From Alphaproteobacteria bacterium (GTDB lineage: Bacteria > Pseudomonadota > Alphaproteobacteria > RF32 > CAG-239): 64,000 nt of DNA. This document shows positions 58,295-64,000 of the stretch, piece by piece; the stretch's first letter is position 1; the number at the start of each line of letters is the position of its first letter. The notes beneath the pieces were generated by a model. The model made no database searches. It had not been told where the DNA came from and was given only the letters and a program-made list of their open reading frames with translations. The stretch spans positions 14,091 to 78,090 of the forward strand of contig JAFTVD010000008.1 of the NCBI GenBank assembly GCA_017465945.1, written 5' to 3'. Made by a program: the position numbers and the translations under genes.

Positions 58295-61200
58295 TTATCT
58301 ACCTTCTACTTTTCTTCTTACAACCATATCAACATCTTTGACGTTGAGATTTTTTTCTAATTCTCTAGTTGGTATATTATCTGCAACTTTTTCTGTAGAC
58401 ACAATTTCTTTTCCATCATATTCGTAACCTTTATGTAGGCTAAATGTGTCATCAGTTTTCTCTTCAGCATATGTTATAGTTCCTTCTCTTTCTTCAAAGA
58501 TTGGTTCTGGTGAAACATTTTGGGTAGGGCGCATATAGTATCTATCAAAGCCATCACTACCTGGGTTTGTAACTCCGCTAGAAGCTTGTTCTGTTGTATA
58601 ACTTCCAGCTTCTTCGCAGGCTCCCGCTGTAAAGTAGCGAACCATTACAGGGCTTGTTCCTGTTACACCATCAATAGTACCATTTTCATTTACGCTATCA
58701 ATAACTTCTTTGATTTTTGTTGCATTTTCCACAGAAATGCTATCATCGCACTCTTTTAGATAATCTACTACATTTGTAATTTCTTTGGCAAATTTACCAT
58801 GCTCGTCATTTGACCAAGCAATCATTTGCTTAATAGAAAACATAGATTGTTCAACACTTAAACCTTCGAAAATACCACCTTTAGCACGCATTTCATCTGT
58901 TATTCTTGCTGCATAATCATCATATGCATCTTCGCCAAAATTATCTTTAAAGAATGTTTGCATTAAGTTATATTGCTTTTCTGTAATACCAGTATTTTCA
59001 AAACCTCCACGTTCTGGAACATTTCCAGCAGCCGGTGTTCCAACTTCTACTTCATCAGAATCAGCAATAACCTCTGTTGCGGTTTCATCAAAAATAATTT
59101 CAGCTTCAACTCCGGTATAAATACCACCTGTTGCAATAACTTCAGTATTGGTAACCTCTATTGCAGCTTCATCAGTAACAATTTCAGCTTCAACTCCTGT
59201 ATTAACACCACCTGTTGCAATAACTTCAGTATTGGTAACCTCTATTGCAGCTTCATCAGCAACAATTTCTGCTTCAACTCCAGTATTAATACCACCTGTC
59301 GCAACAACTTCTTCTACAGCTGCGCCTTCAACAACTTCAGTTGAAATATTTTTACGAACAACCATTTCTTGATCTGTTACATTTAAATTTTCTTCTAATT
59401 TATCTGTTGGAATTTCACTTCCAATTAATTCCTCATTACCAATATTATCGGCTTTATATAAATCAAAAGAATTGTCATTTGTATATACGGTAGTTGAAGA
59501 GCCTTCTCTTTCTTCGAAAATAATCTCTTCTGTTTCAATAGTTGGAGTTTCTTCTATAACTTCAACTATTTCTTCATCGCAACCACAATCGTATGTTTGT
59601 GAATGAAGTACCGCTTTTTCTCCACAATTAACATCACGTCCGGTAACCACAACACAATCTTTACCTTCTACATCTTTGATTGCACCATTATCTAAAACAT
59701 CACTAAGTTTAGTTACATCATCATTAGTGATTTGTTCATCACAACCAAAGAAAGCGTCTAACTTTGCAATAGTTTCACGGTGTTGAGGTAAATTCCAAGA
59801 AGACATTCTTTCATACTTAAATAGTACTTCATCTCTAGTCATACCTTCAAATTGACCACCCGCTTGAAGCATGCTATCATCAATTTTGCAATAAAATTCT
59901 TGATATTTGTCAGAATTTCCCCAAAATGATTGTAATCTTTTCCATTGAGCTTTAGTAATACCTGTTTCTTCACTCCATTCAGTTGGGGGTGTAATTTCAA
60001 CATTTGATACTTCCATATCATTACTAAGGTTATTAGCTTCAACCTCTTGCTCTACAACAGCACTTTGTAAAGATACACTATCTGCTTGATTTGTTAAGCT
60101 ATCATTAGCTTCAAAGCTTTTAGCAAACAAAGTATCAACTTTAGCTGTATCAACTTCAACAGAAGCTGTATCAGCAGCTAAACCTGTTTGCTCATTAACA
60201 TTATTAAGTAAGCTATTAGCCGCTTTATTTGCAGCTGCATCTCCTAAATCAGCTGTGCTTCTTATATCAGGATTTTCGCCGTCGCAACAATTAACCATAA
60301 TGGCACTAACACCAATAAATCCTGCAACTGTAAATGCTTTATCCCAAAAATCTTTCTTCTTATTTTTTAAAGTGTGAACAGTGTTTATTGTATTATTAAC
60401 AGAAGATACAGCCAAACTTGATAATCTTTGTGCGCTTCTTGCAGCAATAGCTCCAACGCCACTACCTAAACTTCCTAAAGCACCACTTGCAACAGCTCCA
60501 GCAGCACCAAGTCCAACTAAACCAGCAGCACTACCCCAGCCAGCTTCTTTATAGTATGCTTTACGTTTTTCTTTGTTGCTAAATATGTTATTAGAAGCAT
60601 TTTTAAGTCTATCTAAAAATCTTACTTTAGGTGCTGTATTACCTTCTTTTTTAGCAACTTCTTTCTCTAAACGCTTTGTTCTTCTTGCTTCTGTAATAAT
60701 TGGCCATACCCAAGAAGATGCAGCCTTATATGCGCCATATGCTACAACAGCAGTTCCAAGCCAAGGAGCACTTGTAGCAGTACCAACAATTAAACCTGCT
60801 GTAGCTGCAACATCTGTAATTACCTTTGGAGATCTGTCTTTCAAGTTTTTAGCAAACTCATATCTTTGTCCCCAAACTTGTTTTGCTTTTTCACTAAATG
60901 AAGTTTTAGCCTTGTTTACAAAAATGCTTGCCTTAGAGAAGCATTCTTGAGCCTTACCTTTTGCTGATAAAGCTTTGTCAGCTAGCTTCTTTCTATAGCT
61001 TTCAGCTTTTACTTCGCTTTCTGCGCATGCTGTAATCACTAAATCAGAAGATACTTCAATTTTTTCTTCCATATCAATAGCTTTATCTTGTAAAGCCATA
61101 TTTCCAAGAGCTTCTTGTTGTTTTACAAAAAATTCTTTATCATCATTAACAACAGCATCAGCTGCATTTGGGATATTATTTTGTATTTGAGCAGCAGTAC

Positions 61201-61711
61201 GTAATTGAACTAAAGTCCCTAAAAATGAATCTTTAACTTCATCAAATAATGTTTCTCTTTTTTCTTCAATAGATTGGCTAGCAAAATCATGACTTCTAGA
61301 TTGTTCAAGCATAACATCAAGTTTTGCTTTCTCAATCAACATATCAATATGTTTATTTCTTTCTTCTAAAGATACCCCTGCACCATCTTTTCCATCAACA
61401 ATAGGAGTATTGTTAATTGCTGTTTTAACATCACCATCGCTTAACAATGAGTTCTTGATATCATCATTGTCTAATTCATTATATAAGAATTCTGTATTGT
61501 CAGCAAGTTCTTTTGGACTTGCTGTAATAACTTCAGCTTCTTCTTGTTTTTTCTTAAACGCTAATTCATATTTGTGAGCTTCTTCTAATGATTTAGCAAA
61601 TTCTTCATCATTTTTTCTAACTATTTCTAATGCTTGAGCAAAAGTTTTTTCATCAGCTTCAATGTATCCGCCGGCAATCTCATAAGCTGTGTCCAAATCC
61701 ATGTTACTCAT
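58295..61711 (-). CDS. Giant orphan protein (1138 aa): helical N-terminus, glycine-zipper TM cluster, duplicated ~220-aa module, 28-aa tandem repeats
   Basis: Single uninterrupted ORF with its own 228-bp upstream region and its own terminator. TM/Gly-Ala-rich segments at aa ~297-340, 391-427 and 455-475. Module A aa ~578-787 and module B aa ~900-1134 share GIT.xQ[WY], GGxFEG[ML][ST], IFEEREG and NLNV.D..MVVR[KR]. No family recognised. Confidence 0.8.
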   Translation of the reverse strand: MSNMDLDTAYEIAGGYIEADEKTFAQALEIVRKNDEEFAKSLEEAHKYELAFKKKQEEAEVITASPKELADNTEFLYNELDNDDIKNSLLSDGDVKTAINNTPIVDGKDGAGVSLEERNKHIDMLIEKAKLDVMLEQSRSHDFASQSIEEKRETLFDEVKDSFLGTLVQLRTAAQIQNNIPNAADAVVNDDKEFFVKQQEALGNMALQDKAIDMEEKIEVSSDLVITACAESEVKAESYRKKLADKALSAKGKAQECFSKASIFVNKAKTSFSEKAKQVWGQRYEFAKNLKDRSPKVITDVAATAGLIVGTATSAPWLGTAVVAYGAYKAASSWVWPIITEARRTKRLEKEVAKKEGNTAPKVRFLDRLKNASNNIFSNKEKRKAYYKEAGWGSAAGLVGLGAAGAVASGALGSLGSGVGAIAARSAQRLSSLAVSSVNNTINTVHTLKNKKKDFWDKAFTVAGFIGVSAIMVNCCDGENPDIRSTADLGDAAANKAANSLLNNVNEQTGLAADTASVEVDTAKVDTLFAKSFEANDSLTNQADSVSLQSAVVEQEVEANNLSNDMEVSNVEITPPTEWSEETGITKAQWKRLQSFWGNSDKYQEFYCKIDDSMLQAGGQFEGMTRDEVLFKYERMSSWNLPQHRETIAKLDAFFGCDEQITNDDVTKLSDVLDNGAIKDVEGKDCVVVTGRDVNCGEKAVLHSQTYDCGCDEEIVEVIEETPTIETEEIIFEEREGSSTTVYTNDNSFDLYKADNIGNEELIGSEIPTDKLEENLNVTDQEMVVRKNISTEVVEGAAVEEVVATGGINTGVEAEIVADEAAIEVTNTEVIATGGVNTGVEAEIVTDEAAIEVTNTEVIATGGIYTGVEAEIIFDETATEVIADSDEVEVGTPAAGNVPERGGFENTGITEKQYNLMQTFFKDNFGEDAYDDYAARITDEMRAKGGIFEGLSVEQSMFSIKQMIAWSNDEHGKFAKEITNVVDYLKECDDSISVENATKIKEVIDSVNENGTIDGVTGTSPVMVRYFTAGACEEAGSYTTEQASSGVTNPGSDGFDRYYMRPTQNVSPEPIFEEREGTITYAEEKTDDTFSLHKGYEYDGKEIVSTEKVADNIPTRELEKNLNVKDVDMVVRRKVEGR
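59060..59311. repeat. Three tandem 84-bp (28-codon) repeats inside the giant gene
   Basis: Exact 84-bp period (the same 14-mer, apart from one mismatch, starts at 59097, 59181 and 59265). Encodes EV[VI]ATGG[IV]NTGVEAEIV.DEAAIEVTNT three times. Copies 1 and 2 differ at only a few bases; copy 3 is more diverged. Confidence 0.9.
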
Positions 61712-61939
61712 ATTTTTTGTACTCCTAAAATGTAAATGTTTGCGGGCATATTACCCTATTTTTTAGATAAAATCAACTACTTTTTTGTCAATTTTAAATA
61801 ATTTTTAAAAAATTGTCAATATTATTTTTACAAATAATGTAATATCAAGTGGTTAGATTATATTTTTGTGTAATAAAAAATAGATTGCTAAATATAATCA
61901 AAGATATTATAAGAGTTAAAAACAAGAAAAGGGGATAAA

Positions 61940-63022
61940 ATGCTTGTAGATATATTTGATTTTGATTTAGATAAAGAACTTATTGCTAAAACACCAGCAA
62001 GTCCAAGAGATACATCAAGGTTATTAGACTTAACAGATGATGTTAATATCAATGATAGGCATTTTTATGATTTGCCAGATATTTTAGAAAAAGGTGATGT
62101 TCTTGTTTTTAATAATACCAAGGTTATTCCTGCAAGATTGTATGGAAAAAGAGGAGAGGCAGAAGTCGAAGTTACTTTGTATCATCCAGAAAATGGTTTA
62201 ACATGGTGGTCTTTTATAAAAAATTCTAAACGATTACGCCCAAATGATGTTGTAGTATTTTATACTTCAGATATATCTCCTGAAAAATCTACATTTAAGG
62301 CAAAAGTACTTGAAAAGCATGGTGAAGATGGTGTTTTGATAGAATTTTTATGTTCAGCTGATGATTTATCAAAAATGCTAGAGGCTTATGGACTTATGCC
62401 ACTTCCTCCATATATAAAAAGAGAAAAACCTCTTCCAGGGCTTTGGAATAAATATAACGATAAAGAAAATTATCAAACGATTTATGCTAAACATGAAGGT
62501 GCAGTTGCTGCGCCAACTGCGGGTTTGCACTTTACTGATAACGTATTAAAAAAATTAGAAGAAAAGGGAATTGAAAAGGTGTTTTTAACTCTGCATGTTG
62601 GAGCTGGTACTTTTTTGCCTGTAAAAACAGATAATACAGATGATCATAAAATGCACGCCGAATATGGTGTTATAACAAAAGAAGCTTGTGATGCTATAAA
62701 TAAAGCTAAAAAAGAAAATAGAAGAGTTATAGCTGTTGGAACAACATCTGTACGTTTACTAGAAACAGCAACAGATGATAATGGTATCTTGCACCCATTT
62801 AATGGTGAGACCTCAATATTTATAACTCCTGGCTATAAATTTAAGATGATTGATTATATTATAACGAACTTTCACCTACCAAAATCAACATTGTTTATGT
62901 TAATTTGTGCAATAGCAGGAACAGAGCGTATGAAACAAGCTTATGCTCATGCAATTAAAAATAAGTATCGTTTTTATTCATATGGCGATAGCTCAATCTT
63001 GAAATGTGTAAACAAAATTTAA
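61940..63022 (+). CDS. queA: S-adenosylmethionine:tRNA ribosyltransferase-isomerase QueA
   Basis: 360 aa: LDKELIAKTPASPRD, MPLPPYIKR, AAPTAGLHFT and GTTSVRLLE motifs. Confidence 0.93.
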   Translation: MLVDIFDFDLDKELIAKTPASPRDTSRLLDLTDDVNINDRHFYDLPDILEKGDVLVFNNTKVIPARLYGKRGEAEVEVTLYHPENGLTWWSFIKNSKRLRPNDVVVFYTSDISPEKSTFKAKVLEKHGEDGVLIEFLCSADDLSKMLEAYGLMPLPPYIKREKPLPGLWNKYNDKENYQTIYAKHEGAVAAPTAGLHFTDNVLKKLEEKGIEKVFLTLHVGAGTFLPVKTDNTDDHKMHAEYGVITKEACDAINKAKKENRRVIAVGTTSVRLLETATDDNGILHPFNGETSIFITPGYKFKMIDYIITNFHLPKSTLFMLICAIAGTERMKQAYAHAIKNKYRFYSYGDSSILKCVNKI

Positions 63023-63067
63023 CTATTCTATATTATAATACATCGAAAATCTATAATGGAGAGCGAT

Positions 63068-64000
63068 GTGATAAAAATTGGGTTTGAGCCACACAAGGTT
63101 ATTTCTCATAGTAAAAGTGCTTTGTTTTCAGCATTGATATTATGTGCAACGTTAGTGTATTTTTTTTCTGTAACAGAAACATCTGATGAAATATATCAAA
63201 AAATACACACATTTTTTATTGTCACTGTTGTGCTTGGTGTTGCCTTAATGACATATTTGAAGATGTTTAGCTCTTTTATTAGTATATCTATTATATATAT
63301 AAGCTACATTATTATAAATAATATGCGCTATGCGTATGGAGAAGATTATATTTTTTCTGCAGGATATAATATCTGGATAATGTTAATTATTCCAAATTTA
63401 CTGCTAACTAATTGTTTTGTATCTTCTAAAATAATAAAAAAATATTGGAGTTTGTTTTTTATCTTTATATTTCTTGAAACATCAATAATGGAGAAGTTAC
63501 AAAATCAAAGTATAGATGCAGATTCTCTTTATTTCTATAAACATATCGGTGGGACTAATTATCCTTTTTTATGTATTTCAGTAATTTCTATTTTATATTT
63601 GCTTATTTCCTATATTTCAAAAGGAAAGATTTTACTTGCTAAAACTTTATTCTCATCAATATCCATTGCATTGGCTGTTTATTTTTCAGATAAACTATTA
63701 GCATATAGTTTATTTTTTTGGGGATCGGTGTTAATAGAATGTGCAATATCGCTTTATTATATTTTTTATGTTAAATATAAAGATGAGGAATTAGATATAG
63801 CCAACTGTAACCAATATATTTATGATGCAAAAAAGAAATATCCATTAAAATATTGTCTTGTTTTAATGAAGATAGATGAATATGAGCGTTTGCTAAAAAG
63901 ATTTGGCCATCATAAAACAATATTACTCAAAAAAATGTTTGTTAATCGTATAATTAAAAATAATCCAGATGTTAAAATATATAATTATCAAAAGGATTCT
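63068..64000 (+). CDS. Polytopic membrane protein with the beginning of a possible GGDEF-type (diguanylate cyclase-like) domain; 3' end outside the window
   Basis: Not in the ORF track (no stop). GTG 63068 opens a frame that stays open for 311 codons to the window end. About 7 hydrophobic segments, then CLVLMKIDEYERLLKRFGHHKTILLKKMFVNRI, which resembles the start of a GGDEF domain (l.D.D.FK..ND..GH..GD..L). The GG[DE]EF motif itself would lie beyond the window. Confidence 0.4.
   Translation, partial: MIKIGFEPHKVISHSKSALFSALILCATLVYFFSVTETSDEIYQKIHTFFIVTVVLGVALMTYLKMFSSFISISIIYISYIIINNMRYAYGEDYIFSAGYNIWIMLIIPNLLLTNCFVSSKIIKKYWSLFFIFIFLETSIMEKLQNQSIDADSLYFYKHIGGTNYPFLCISVISILYLLISYISKGKILLAKTLFSSISIALAVYFSDKLLAYSLFFWGSVLIECAISLYYIFYVKYKDEELDIANCNQYIYDAKKKYPLKYCLVLMKIDEYERLLKRFGHHKTILLKKMFVNRIIKNNPDVKIYNYQKDS

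Noticed and set aside
58973-59372. Plus-strand ORFs of 123 aa and 74 aa with repetitive Asn/Phe/Ser or Thr/Ser/Ala content, and a 125-aa ORF at 60573..60950.
   Set aside because: They are antisense readings of the tandem-repeat and Gly/Ala-rich regions of the giant minus-strand gene. Their repetitiveness is inherited from that gene.
61794-61808. TTAA-N7-TTAA (CtrA-box-like) in the giant-gene / queA intergenic region. Nearby is a TTGTCAAT direct repeat at 61785..61792 and 61813..61820.
   Set aside because: In DNA this AT-rich, TTAA-N7-TTAA and short T/A-rich octamer repeats are expected by chance. Without a genome-wide enrichment test or conservation they are not evidence of regulation.

Overview
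Dense, visibly AT-rich bacterial chromosome segment (roughly 30% G+C by eye, not computed). It uses the standard genetic code and holds about 60 protein genes. I found no rRNA, tRNA, CRISPR array, transposase or integrase. GcrA points to an alphaproteobacterium, as do the gene orders rpoZ-spoT-DUF2062-acpS, hflK-hflC-degP, mlaD-DUF2155 and kdsD-lptC/A-lptB-hpf-ptsN. It is probably a reduced or host-associated lineage (Rickettsiales/Holosporales-like), but the species cannot be named from the sequence alone.

Core content:
- Cell division and fatty acid synthesis: rsmH/mraZ (head of the dcw cluster), fabD-fabG, ftsK.
- RNA and translation: rsmB, gltX, rpmJ, ettA, queA, hpf.
- Efflux: a TolC-MacA-MacB operon.
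- LPS and envelope: ptsN, lptB, kdsD, lptE, hflKC, degP, two mlaD-like genes.
- Replication, regulation and proteolysis: holC, holA, gcrA, rpoZ-spoT, clpPX.
- Other: ferredoxin, apbC, acpS, gap-pgk.

Non-core patches between these genes are the interesting part:
1. The conserved leuS-lptE-holA locus carries an open 327-aa LeuRS remnant with no catalytic core and no editing domain.
2. A monocistronic 1138-aa orphan protein has glycine-zipper transmembrane segments, a duplicated ~220-aa module and 84-bp tandem repeats.
3. An operon encodes an FAD oxidoreductase, a GT-C glycosyltransferase, an MlaC-like protein and a second GT-C glycosyltransferase.
4. A TolC-like lipoprotein carries a C-terminal cadherin/Ig-like domain. 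It is paired with a third GT-C-like protein and sits divergent to an orphan VirB8-like gene.
5. LptC and LptA appear fused into one ORF, in a locus that has lost rpoN.
6. An MraY/WecA-like membrane protein has its catalytic aspartates replaced and is coupled to an alpha/beta+TPR protein.

All homology calls are by-eye motif recognition on the supplied translations. No searches were run.
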